A DNA stretch of 64,000 nucleotides. It comes from Haliscomenobacter sp. (GTDB taxonomy: Bacteria > Bacteroidota > Bacteroidia > Chitinophagales > Saprospiraceae). The stretch lies in the NCBI RefSeq assembly GCF_041740695.1, contig NZ_JBGSLK010000006.1:23639-87638 (forward strand), given 5' to 3'. The notes beneath the pieces were generated by a model. The model saw nothing but the letters and a program-made list of their open reading frames with translations, was not told the origin of the DNA and searched no databases. The position numbers were made by a program, and so were the translations under genes. Shown here piece after piece: positions 47,560-58,200 of the stretch. How positions within the stretch are numbered: position 1 is the first letter of the stretch; every line of letters starts with the position of its first letter.

Positions 47560-48156
47560 TCAACTCGACTTCCGCCGTTCAATCTCATCCCGAATCTGTG
47601 CCGCTTTCTCATAATTTTCTTCATCCAGCACCTCATCCAACATGCGCGTCAGAGCCTCGGTAGAGTAGGAGGCAAGTGGGTTGTCGGACATACCCGTGGA
47701 AGGTGCGGCAGCAAATAGCTCTTCATCTTCATCGCTACCTTCGGTATCTTCGAGGACTACCCCAGCAGCATCCAAAATGAACTCGTAGGTATAGATTGGA
47801 CAGTTGAACCGAACGGCCATGGCCAGCGCATCGGAGGTGCGGGAGTCCACCTCGGTTACATCGCCATCGCGCTCACACACCAGGCGGGCGTAAAAGATGC
47901 CATCGAGCAGGTTGTTGATGATGATCTCCTTGAGGTTGATGTTGAAAGTCTCCAGGGCGTTTTTGAACAAGTCGTGGGTGAGCGGGCGGTTCGGGGTCAT
48001 TCTTTCCATGGCTACAGCGATGGCTTGCGCCTCGAAACTGCCAATGACAATCGGTAAACGGCGAGCACCTTTCTTCTCTCCCAGCACTACCGCATAATTG
48101 TGGGACTGGGTAACGCTATGGGAAAGTGCAACTATATCCAACTCAATTTTTCTCAT
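47560..48156 (-). CDS. bifunctional nuclease (BFN/DUF151) domain protein with a C-terminal UVR motif
   Basis: 'ARRLPIVIGSFEAQAIA' is the BFN core. 'YEKAAQIRDEIERRK' is a UvrB/UvrC-type UVR helix. Confidence 0.7.
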   Translation of the reverse strand: MRKIELDIVALSHSVTQSHNYAVVLGEKKGARRLPIVIGSFEAQAIAVAMERMTPNRPLTHDLFKNALETFNINLKEIIINNLLDGIFYARLVCERDGDVTEVDSRTSDALAMAVRFNCPIYTYEFILDAAGVVLEDTEGSDEDEELFAAAPSTGMSDNPLASYSTEALTRMLDEVLDEENYEKAAQIRDEIERRKSS

Positions 48157-48268
48157 CGTTTGGGCTTAAACGGTATTCCTGTTCAACAATGTAGCTCGGC
48201 CTAAGGTTGATTTTAGGGCGAAAGCGGCGCAAAGGTAGGAAATAAATGGGAGAAATCCAAATGGGTTT

Positions 48269-48680
48269 TTGGAGTTCAAAAGTGTAAACAAATAAAAAAG
48301 GGATCCATCTGCAGCGGGAACAAAATCAATAAAAAACCGCTACAACTGGATCCCTTTGTGAATAATACAACACTAAAGTCACAGTGCCATATTGTGAACA
48401 AAATCAGACAAAATAAGGCGTACTATCATTGTGCATGTTTAATAAGCTTGGTAAAAAGTGCAGCCCGGAGGCTACACTTCGGATTTGTGGCTACAAGTAA
48501 TTAAGTTGGAACTTACATGGAAGGATCGTCTTCCTTTTCTGTTTGTTCTTAGGACAAAGTAAGGGGAAAAAGGGCGCAATTTAGGTGTCGTTTTACAGAA
48601 AAAAAAGATATAGGAGATTTGGGGATTTTGGTTAAATTTTGAGCAGTAAATTTCTGATTTTTAATATTTTAAAATTCTAG
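48269..48680. repeat. copy A of a noncoding direct repeat of about 400 bp (about 90-95% identical to copy B at 50289-50690)
   Basis: I aligned the two copies by eye. On the minus strand it ends with a strong terminator hairpin (AAAGGGATCCA...TGGATCCCTTT + T6) located at 48293-48360. Confidence 0.75.
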
Positions 48681-48748
48681 AAACAATTACTATTTATACA
48701 TTTTGATGCTGAATCGGGAGTATTATTGTATCAGCCAGATGCTCATTC

Positions 48749-49591
48749 TTAGTTAGTGAGCTGCCAATATCCGCCTTTGTCGGCACCTACCCTTTGGATT
48801 GTCCCGTTTTCTTTTAATTTGTTGAGCAAATACTCTACCCCTCTGCGTGTGAGTCCGGTTTCTCTCATCATCTCTTTGCTTGTAGTTTTAGCGTTGGATT
48901 TAATGAGGAGGAGGATTTTTTCTTCCGAAGTTTTCTCCACAGTTTTTAACGGACGTTGGAATGTCACAGTGAACATTCCTTCTGTACTGTATTGAGGCAA
49001 TGGTAAATTTGTTGCTTTCATTGACTCGTTCATTCGGTTGATTCCTGATCCGATTTGTTCAACGAGATGCATTTTTGCAAAGAGTCCAAAAATGAGCGGG
49101 TTACGGGAATGGCTTCGCTTGCCAAAATCTGCGGGGCTAATTGCACTTACTAATCCATCAGGGTTGCTGATTTCGATGCGGTCGGTGAATAATTCAACAG
49201 TAGTGACGGCGCCTTTGTCGTAGTAGTCGCGATGAGATAAATAGTTGATGATGGCTTCTTTGAATACCGTTTCGGGTATTTCCCAGATTTCATTCCTGGG
49301 GCCAGAGCCTTGGCCTTCAATGTCATACCGAACGTCCAGTTTTTCTCTGAGCCATAAAATAGCTTTGAGGTACTGAGCATACAAGGGGCCACCAAAAGGC
49401 TTGTCATCAATAATGTAACGTTTATTCGTGCCAGAGAAAGCAACGCAACGGATGATGGCTTTTTCAAAATAGGTTTCTGGCGCTTTGCCAAAGAACAAAA
49501 CTGCACCACTTTTTACAAATCCTTCACCCGTAAACAACTTCAGATTGTTGTACACCTGGAAATCGGGTACTGTGGCGCTCAAATGAGCCAT
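48749..49591 (-). pseudogene. C-terminal part (HATPase_c_4-like + winged HTH) of a RecG-like/AlbA_2-type ATP-binding regulator, separated from its N-terminal part by a frameshift
   Basis: It overlaps ORF 49579-50091 by 13 nt in a different frame. The two ORFs together have the typical length of about 450 aa for the family, and the C-terminal HTH is 'TSKEMMRETGLTRRGVEYLLNKLKENG'. Confidence 0.5.
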
Positions 49592-50091
49592 TTCCTTAAA
49601 AATAGCTGCGTTGGTTTTGTCAATTTATTGGCAGCATCAAAATCTCTACAGGGACTTTCATCAAAATAAATTTTCCCAGACTGCTGGAAAAAGCCCCTCA
49701 TTTCCTCTGCGGTAGTCAATTTTTGGCTATTCGGACCAAGATGAATGTATATGGCACCCGAAAAAATGTAAGGCTTTTCGGTACCCGAAGGCACCTCAAT
49801 TACACCGATATTTTTTCCTTCCACTTCAACCATAGATAAGGTACAATACAACGCAGGGCTAATGTCGCTAATGCTGTTTTGAATGGCGGAACGTTTGGCA
49901 TTGTCGATGTTGATGCCCTTGATTTGGTTATGGTCATCTACACCTAATAGTACTACACCTCCAGCCGCGTTGGCAAACGCGCATACTTCCTCAGTGAGTT
50001 CCCTTACTTTTGAAGGAACTGCAACCTTGAACTCGGCATTATAACCCTCGCTGCTGGTAACGATTAATTGGATGTCTTCTGCTGAAAGCAT
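49579..50091 (-). pseudogene. N-terminal part (AlbA_2/Schlafen-like DNA-binding domain) of the same split regulator
   Basis: 'EGYNAEFKVAV' and 'VCAFANAAGGVVLLGVDD' are typical of AlbA_2. Confidence 0.5.
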
Positions 50092-50288
50092 GGGTCGCTT
50101 GATGGTTGTGGAAGCTTTTGAAGGCTTGGTTTATTGGTCTTGCAAGATAAAAATAATTAATTGTTTGTGGAAAATAATTTTTGTTTGTTTTTTAAATAAT
50201 CGAACTTATCCTCAAATTGTTCAAACACTGTCCGAACAATTTGAAGATAAGTTTGATAAAACTGCTGGTAGAGGAACTTTGGTCAAGT

Positions 50289-50690
50289 TGGAGTTCAGAG
50301 GCGTATACAAACAAAAAAGGGATCCATTTGCAGCGGGAACAAAATCAATAAAAAACCGCTACATCTGGATCCCTTTGTGAATAATACAACACTAAGGTTA
50401 CAGTGCTATATTGTGAACAAAATCAGATAAAATAAGGCGTACTATCATTGTGCATGGTTAATAAGCTTGTGAAAAAGTGCAGCCCGGAGGCTACACTTCG
50501 GATTTGTGGCTACAAGTAATTAAGTAGGAACTTACATGGAAGGATCGTCTTCCTTTTCTGTTTGTTCTTAGGACAAAGTAAGGAGAAAAAGGGCAGGGTT
50601 TAGGTGTCATTTTGCAGAGTGAAATGATGGGAGAGATTTTGTGGTTTTGCTTGAATTTAGAACAGTAAATTATTGATTTTTATATAGTTA
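50289..50690. repeat. copy B of the noncoding direct repeat of about 400 bp
   Basis: See copy A. The terminator hairpin lies at about 50312-50378. Confidence 0.75.
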
Positions 50691-50716
50691 ACAAAAATAA
50701 ATGGCTAAATTTGGAA

Positions 50717-51655
50717 CTACAAATTAAACCGATACCCTAATAAACATTCTAACCCAAATGAATTATTACTGGCCAGTTGCTGGAGGTTATAGCCACCCAA
50801 TATTCCGATCCGAAGTTTTCCATCTTGTAGAATTCCATCTTTGAGAATTACCCCGGCCTGTAGCGAGACTTGCCCCCCCGAAGCATAGGATACCCCCGTC
50901 CAAAAGGTATCTTCTAATTCATAGTTGAGATTGATGGAGTATCCGAGCAGATTTGGTTCTGAAAAATGCAGCCAGATCGAAGGCTCGAGGTAGGAAAAAT
51001 CATACGGGATACGGAACCCAACGAAGGTATTGGCTGCAAAAACACGATTGAGATGACCAATGGTGTTGGCTGAACTGCTGGGAATTTTACTGCGAATCAA
51101 TTGATTGGCGGCTAACCCAAAGAAAAACCAGGTTTCATCGTAATCAAAACGATAATGTGAAGTATAAACCATACCAAAACCAGCATTGAAGCGACCTACA
51201 TTGTTGAAATCAACAATTGCTTGAGGGTCATCGGCATCCGCCACAACTGCACGATTGGCTGCAAATTGATATTGCTGGAAGCTGGTAGACAAACCAAAAG
51301 TGATTTGATCATCTGATCGCAAGCCCAATTCCATTTTATAAGCATAAGTCAATGCAAGACTGTTGGTGGTGAATTGACCTACCTCATCGTGTTGTAAAAA
51401 ACCGCCCAGGCTTAACTTGCGATGAATGGCTGGCACATGGATAAATGCTTGAGCAGTGGCAGGGGCACCAGAAAAACCAAGCCATTGCTGGCGATAAAAT
51501 GCACCGAACTCCATGAAGTCTTCAGCTGAAGTAAGCCCGGGATTGTAGATAAAGTCGGTGGATCCCATCGGTGAACGATAAGGAAGCTGTTGCGCTCCCA
51601 GTGTAGTACTTAAAAATAGAGCACAGCATATATAAACTGCATTTAGATTTTGCAT
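50717..51655 (-). CDS. T9SS PorP/SprF-family membrane protein (type-B CTD partner)
   Basis: It has a signal peptide and the PorP/SprF-like N-terminal region 'GFSGAPATAQAF'. It lies immediately downstream of a gene with a type-B CTD. Confidence 0.75.
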   Translation of the reverse strand: MQNLNAVYICCALFLSTTLGAQQLPYRSPMGSTDFIYNPGLTSAEDFMEFGAFYRQQWLGFSGAPATAQAFIHVPAIHRKLSLGGFLQHDEVGQFTTNSLALTYAYKMELGLRSDDQITFGLSTSFQQYQFAANRAVVADADDPQAIVDFNNVGRFNAGFGMVYTSHYRFDYDETWFFFGLAANQLIRSKIPSSSANTIGHLNRVFAANTFVGFRIPYDFSYLEPSIWLHFSEPNLLGYSINLNYELEDTFWTGVSYASGGQVSLQAGVILKDGILQDGKLRIGILGGYNLQQLASNNSFGLECLLGYRFNL

Positions 51656-51656
51656 T

Positions 51657-54600
51657 TCAATTGCGGATTATGGTGAGTGAATTTTTGAGAACAACTTCAT
51701 CAAGTTCCAAAACATAGTAATATACACCAGGAGGAAGTGGCCTGCCATTGTAGCTTCCATCCCAGTCATTTTGATAATTATCTTGTTTAAAAACAATCCC
51801 GCCCCAACGATTGAATACCGTTATTTTAGTGGTGTTGAACAACTCCAGGTCATTGAATTTTAGAACATCATTTTTCCCATCGCCATTAGGGGTGAATAAG
51901 TTGATCGGTTTGACCAATTCAGTGATATTGGAATAAACGCCAACAAAAACAGTATCCCTAAGTATACATTTGTTGTCATCCTGAATGCTTACAACAAAGT
52001 AGGTGCTATCCTTGGGTGCTACTTCAGGATTGGAGATTGTTTCGTTGCTTAATTCAAATTCAGGTGTAGTCCATTGATACATCTTACCTCCGCTTGCTTG
52101 TAGTTTAAGTTTCCGGCCAACCAGTATGACGGTATCTTTTCCAGCGGAGCCATTTACTTTGCGTACCTCGATTTGGGCATAGGCTGTATCGGTACCACAA
52201 CGGTTTTCACTTATATAGCCATAAGTAGTATTAATATTGGGTTTGACCCGAATTTTATCCGCTGTCAATGGTTTACTCGTATTGCTAGGGTCTAACCAAC
52301 GCAGCGGACTGCCACCTTTTCCAACAAGTGTCGTAGAATCGCCCTGGCAAATAAAACTGACAGTTCTGTCAATTGTCGCTACGGGTAAATTGAGTGCAAT
52401 AACCCTAGTAGAGCCTTGTCCAATACACCCGTTTCGATCAGTAACAGTAACTTGATACAAACCGGCGGTGGCCGCAGTGATTAACCCTGTAGTGGAGCCG
52501 GTATTCCATTTGAAAATTTGCCCCCAGGAGCGCACATCTAAGGCCAGGTTTTCATTGGGACAAATGGTATCCGTGGGTACCAAGCTCACTACTGGGTTGG
52601 CCCATAAAATCAAACGGGTACTATCTGTCGTTTGGCAACCAAATTCATTGCTCACTTTAACCCGGTATACTTTGGCGTCTTCAACCGTAATACTACCCAC
52701 TTGGGCGCCAGTATTCCATTCATACATTTTTCCAGAACTCCTAACATCGAGGGTAGTTGTGGTGCCGGAACAAATGCGCAAGCTATCCGGTAGTGAAGGA
52801 TTGGGGTTGTTGTAAAAAATTGTGCGCAGGCTATCCAACGTTTCACAGCCAAATTTATCGAGGTAATTAACGGTATAAAGGCCAGCTGTACTCAGTTGAA
52901 TCATTGGGTCTGTGCTTCCATTGCTCCATGAGATGACCTTACCCAGTGAACTTGCATCAACACCAATGGTTTTGCCAAGACAGGCCGTAAGTGGGTTGGG
53001 CCATTGACGGGCAATGGTTGGTCTATTCTCAAGTAATACGCTATCAACAGCTGAGCAACCCTGTTCATTACTGACCATTACACTGACGCGCCCTGCTTGG
53101 GCTACTTCAATTGTTCCAGTGCTGGCACCACTGCTCCAGCTAAATTTGGTCCCCAGTTTTGACACATCCAAGGTAACTGCCTTATTCGGGCAAAGGATCA
53201 TTTTATCGGGAAGGTCTATTTTGGGGTTTGGAGCTATCGTGATGGTCGTAGAATCCAGAACGGAACAACCCTCTGGATTGGCAATAGATACACTATACAT
53301 TCCCGATTTGCGTGGAACAATTGAGGCGCTGGTTTCGCCAGTGCTCCATAGATACTTTAGAGGACCAGTACCCGCCACAATTTTTTTCGTATCTACTTCA
53401 CAATCATTGATGACTCTGGGTAAAGTACGTTGAGGAGCTGCCTTGAAGGTTATGGTTACACTATCGATAGATTGACAATTGGCGATGTTGCTTACCGTCA
53501 CGGAATACAAACCAGATTTTGCGGATTCTATAGACGGTAATTTTTCATCGGTACTCCAGCGGTAACGGTAACCTACGGAGTCGACAACGCTTAGTTTGGC
53601 AATTTTTCCATTACAAAGAGATTGATCCGGCCCCAGGTTAACGACTGGTGCGGGTAAAAAGGCCACGCTAGAGCTGTCTTTTATCACGCAACCTTCAGCG
53701 TTCGTGAGTGTAACAATATAAAGTCCACTCTTTTTGGGTGAAATAATTGCAGTTGTATCGCCAGAACTCCAGTTGAATTTTATAGCCGTGGTGACGGGAT
53801 TCAAAGTAATCGACTCTGATGCGCAACGGTTAACCTCAGAAGGGAGATTACTAATCGGGAGTGCTGCAGTGGCGACTTCAGTACTTGTTGTGCTTCTACA
53901 CCCTGCTGAATTACTGGCGTTGACTTGATAGATTCCTGCTTTCCGTACTGTGATACTGGCAGCCGTATCTCCGGTGCTCCAGCGGAAAAATTCTGCACTA
54001 CCACCAGGTTTTAGTACCAGTGAGTCACCAAAGCACAAATTGGTTCTTAGCGGAAGTGAGACCATAGGTGGGTCCACAAAAGTGACTTTGATGCTATCTA
54101 TACTGCTGCAATTGGTGGCATCGGTTAATTTAAGTTTATACCAGCCGGGATTTTTCACTGCAAGGAAATAGGTGCTGTCTCCGGTGTTCCATTGATAAGT
54201 AGTTGCAAGGTTTTGAGGAGCACTAAGTTGAAGGCTATCACCTTTGCAGATATCCCGATTGGCACCCAATTCTAAAGCCGGACGGGCATTTACAACCAAG
54301 TCCACTCCTTTTTCATTGGTGCAACCAAAAGCGGTGCTTACGACAACACTGTAACGACCTGCTTTACTTACTGCGATAAAATTGGCTTTGGAACCGGTAC
54401 TCCAGCTAAAGCTTGCACTTTTTACATTGGTGCTCACTTCAATCCGGGCAGTTTCCCCCTGGCAAATTTGTGGAGAAGAGGAGCTGAGGTTTACTTCTGG
54501 AATAATTTTTAGGTCTTTTATTTCAATGCTTTGTGTTTTTATACACCCTTTTAAAGAAACCGTTAACGTGTAAACTCCACCCGTTTCAGTGCTTAGTTTT

Positions 54601-55232
54601 GATCGACTGCTGATCACCCCCAAACTGTCGGTTGACCATTGAAATTTTGCACCAATGACATCAATTTGTGGATTAAGTTCAATTTGAGGTTCATTGCAGG
54701 TGATGGTGTCCAGGGCTGGTAGTGTAAAATTGAAGTTTGGAGAGATGGCGTTTAACTGCTCGAGCCGATCGATCGCCAGGTTTTGGAAACCAGGATTTTG
54801 ACTGTTTTCTATTCCTTCAAATTTAGTCGTGATCAAATCGTCTTCAATGGTACACCCATTTGGTAAGATGATGCGAAATTTGAGAGGTTCATTGGACAAA
54901 AAACCTTCATCTCCCTCGGCTGTTTTGCCATAGACTTGCAGGATCACCGATTTTTCCTGCCAGGTAATTTGGCCAGCGCACCTTAAGGTATCCGCAGATT
55001 CAAAAACGACAGAAATGATGCTGCCCTTAGGAAGGGCTTGCCCGTCCAGCTTGGGTACTCCCACTGGTATAAGGATAATGTGAGCATTCGGATTGGGTAA
55101 AACGCAGTCTTGTTGGGCGTAGCCCATAATATACAACCCTAACGCCAGCAAGGTTAGGTATAGTTTCCTCCATTTGAACATGTCAAAAGGTATTTGAGAT
55201 GAAAAGAAGTGTGGAGCAAATGCTTTATTCAC
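51657..55232 (-). CDS. large surface protein with about 13 tandem Ig-like repeats and a T9SS type-B C-terminal sorting domain (gliding-motility-associated CTD)
   Basis: The C-terminus 'FTPNGDGKNDVLKFNDLELF...VFNRWGGIVFKQDNYQNDWDGSYNGRPLPPGVYYYVLEL' matches the type-B CTD. It has repeated units of about 75 aa with conserved C...W..G..Y.V patterns. The likely signal-peptide start is the internal Met 'MFKWRKLYLTLLAL'. Confidence 0.75.
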   Translation of the reverse strand: MNKAFAPHFFSSQIPFDMFKWRKLYLTLLALGLYIMGYAQQDCVLPNPNAHIILIPVGVPKLDGQALPKGSIISVVFESADTLRCAGQITWQEKSVILQVYGKTAEGDEGFLSNEPLKFRIILPNGCTIEDDLITTKFEGIENSQNPGFQNLAIDRLEQLNAISPNFNFTLPALDTITCNEPQIELNPQIDVIGAKFQWSTDSLGVISSRSKLSTETGGVYTLTVSLKGCIKTQSIEIKDLKIIPEVNLSSSSPQICQGETARIEVSTNVKSASFSWSTGSKANFIAVSKAGRYSVVVSTAFGCTNEKGVDLVVNARPALELGANRDICKGDSLQLSAPQNLATTYQWNTGDSTYFLAVKNPGWYKLKLTDATNCSSIDSIKVTFVDPPMVSLPLRTNLCFGDSLVLKPGGSAEFFRWSTGDTAASITVRKAGIYQVNASNSAGCRSTTSTEVATAALPISNLPSEVNRCASESITLNPVTTAIKFNWSSGDTTAIISPKKSGLYIVTLTNAEGCVIKDSSSVAFLPAPVVNLGPDQSLCNGKIAKLSVVDSVGYRYRWSTDEKLPSIESAKSGLYSVTVSNIANCQSIDSVTITFKAAPQRTLPRVINDCEVDTKKIVAGTGPLKYLWSTGETSASIVPRKSGMYSVSIANPEGCSVLDSTTITIAPNPKIDLPDKMILCPNKAVTLDVSKLGTKFSWSSGASTGTIEVAQAGRVSVMVSNEQGCSAVDSVLLENRPTIARQWPNPLTACLGKTIGVDASSLGKVISWSNGSTDPMIQLSTAGLYTVNYLDKFGCETLDSLRTIFYNNPNPSLPDSLRICSGTTTTLDVRSSGKMYEWNTGAQVGSITVEDAKVYRVKVSNEFGCQTTDSTRLILWANPVVSLVPTDTICPNENLALDVRSWGQIFKWNTGSTTGLITAATAGLYQVTVTDRNGCIGQGSTRVIALNLPVATIDRTVSFICQGDSTTLVGKGGSPLRWLDPSNTSKPLTADKIRVKPNINTTYGYISENRCGTDTAYAQIEVRKVNGSAGKDTVILVGRKLKLQASGGKMYQWTTPEFELSNETISNPEVAPKDSTYFVVSIQDDNKCILRDTVFVGVYSNITELVKPINLFTPNGDGKNDVLKFNDLELFNTTKITVFNRWGGIVFKQDNYQNDWDGSYNGRPLPPGVYYYVLELDEVVLKNSLTIIRN

Positions 55233-55256
55233 ATTTGCTCCACGATAAAACTCAAA

Positions 55257-58200
55257 TTACTGGATGATGAGTCGATGGGTTTGACTGTAATCAGCAAAGG
55301 TTACCTTGACCAAGTAGACACCTGGATTGATGTCTGCCAGTTGTAGCTCTTCTTTGTGACGCCCCTTATCGAGTTTCAATTTAAGCTCTGGGCGAATTAA
55401 GCGCCCCTGGACGTCAGTTACAGCGATAATCACCTGACTGCTCTGGATCAGATCAAGATGCAACCAAGTGCTCTCTTGAGTTGGATTAGGTGCCAATAAT
55501 ACCTTTGACCGGAGCAGAGGAAGTGACACTCTACTCGTTTTTGCCCAAATCAAATCATTGGTACGATAAGTCAAAGAGGGCAATGAAACGTTGAGATCCT
55601 CCAACTTGAGCGTACTGCCATCAGGTGTTACAAAATGAACTTCAAATGCTTCATTTTCCCAGAGGCCATCCTTTTCACGAGTATAGGGATCATCACCCCA
55701 AATGATAACCTGCAAATTTTGACCAGTGAATGTTTGTTGTCCACGTAGCACGCCTTGTTTATCCCAAACTTTAACTACAGATTCGATCGGGAGCTGAGTT
55801 AATAATTCTTTATAAAACAGAATAGACGCGTTGTGTGCGGTAATGACTTGGGCTTCGTCACCGCGTAGTTCGGGTACAATTGGGTCTCTCAACGCAGTAC
55901 AAGTTGCCCCACCACAATTCAGCAATAACTGACGTTTGGTTCCGTTGCGGATTTGTACCTGAAAGGCCTGCCCTGGTTGCATGCAAATCTCATCAGGAGA
56001 AGAAAAGCCTGGAATATAGGTATTGGTCAAACTTTTAACCGCTGTAATGCCTAAGGCAGGGTCGGAAAATATTTCACCAACAGGTCGGTTTACGTCACAG
56101 AAGTACGGCACAATCTGCCAACCTTCCCGGAGTGGAATGGACACCTGATTTGGGTCAATTCTGCTACCTGGAATGGAAAGGGTGACATCATTTTTGGCTT
56201 TGACAAAATAGCCCTGTAAGATGTCCCAATTGCCCAAATCGTTGGAAAATCCTGGAACGAATGAAGCTGATATAGACTTCACCAACTGAATTTGATCAAT
56301 AATAGGCTGGAAAACCACCTCCATATCGGGAGCCTGCGGAGTAACCTTTGAACTAATCAGATTCCAGCCCTTCTTCAGGAGAATGTCATGGGTGGCATTG
56401 TTTCCGGAGCGAAGTTTACCAATTGCACTGAGTGCCTGGTTTTTGAATTTATCCGTTGCGTCAACAAACGCATTGCCAATGGCAGTGCCAATAGAGAGAT
56501 AGTCAGCGTTTACGTCGTAAACTTGTTGATCTGCGGCACGCCAAACTTTGAGGACCAAAACTTCTCCATCCTTGAACCCTTCTTGTTCATTGGGCGTACT
56601 TGGGTCATCTCCATTTACGGTGATCAAGGTGTTTTTGTCTTCCCAGATTTTTTTGCCAGCAATAACCAGCGTACCGTTTGATGCTTTATAGAAAAAGCCA
56701 AAATAATCTCCAACTTGTAATGGATTTCCTCCGACCTCTGCATCAACATTGCGTAGCACCGCAACCGTATGACTCAGTAAAGAAGAAGTAGGTTCACCCC
56801 AAGGAGGAGTACCACCACCTGTGCCCCCAGAACCGCCTGCTTCTTGATTGATCTGAATGCTAACCCGGTTTCCACTACATGAAAGTGAAACTGTTCCAGA
56901 TCTTGCTTGGGTTGAATTATTAGGATCAACTTGAATTCTTAACAAATTTGTACCTAATAAGGTGGTTACTCTAAGCCACGAAACGCTTGGTGTTGCCACA
57001 TTCCAAGTTGAATTGGCCGTAACTGTTACCGTTTGTTCGCCTCCTGTTTTGGAGAAATTTAGCGTGCTAGGACTTACGGATAGCTGGCAGCTCTGTTGGC
57101 CACATGGAATTCGGACACAACAGTATCTCCAGGTCTGGCTGATTGGATCGTAGTAGCGCACCGAAATGATGCGATCAACGCAAGGTGTAGGCGCAGGCAC
57201 ACTGATTACTCTTACATTTTGGTTGAGTACGGCACCATTGTTGTTGTCGTCTAGCCAAACAATCTGGTTGGCATTGCCATCATCCAGTGATAGTTCATAA
57301 TTGGAGCCAGTAACATTGTACACCAAAGATTGGCAGTTAAACGGATCACAAATTACGATGCGTTGGCAGCAGAAATACCAGGTGCCATTCTTATAGTAAC
57401 GAACACTAATGGTGCGGGTAATGCAGTTGCCATTGCTTGGTGGTCGTACAAACGTTGAGATCAAACCTTCACCGATGTCTTCATTGGTCTCGTCAATGGT
57501 CCAGGTTTGATTGGAGGTGCCTGGCTCATCGAGCGTGAATTGGTATCCTTGCTCTGAATATTTGTAAATAATTGGATTACAATTAAAAGGATTGCACAAC
57601 CAAATTTTTCTGCAACAAGTATAGACCTGCCCATTCAAAGTGTATTGAACAACAAAGGTTCGGACTTGACAGTCGGCCAATGGCCGCAACCCCCCAATGG
57701 TCACCCCTGTTCCCAATTGCTGCCCGGTTTCAAGTACAGACCAACTGATATTTGAAGCCCCAGCTTGACTCAATGTAAACTGAAAACCAGTATTTTCAAA
57801 GTACCGGTAGGCAATGAGGTTACAATTGTCGTTGGTGCAACTCGGTGGGGGTGTTCCACATTTGATCAATACACAACAATATCGCCAGGTACGACTGATC
57901 GGATCATAGTAACGTACTGAAATGAGTCGGTCACGGCAAGGTGTCGGAAGTGGAACAACGGTCGTCGGAGTACCTGTAACCAAAACCTGGCTGTTGTTGT
58001 CGTCATCCAGCCAGGAGATTTGCTCCGCGTTGGTATCATCCAGGGTAAGCTCATATCCATTGGATTGGGTGACGTAACGAATGACATTACAGGACAATGG
58101 ATCACAGAGTCGAATCCGCAAACAACAAAAATACCAGATTCCATTTTTGAAATAACGGACACTGATCGTATAATTCACACAATTACTAGGCGGCCGTACA

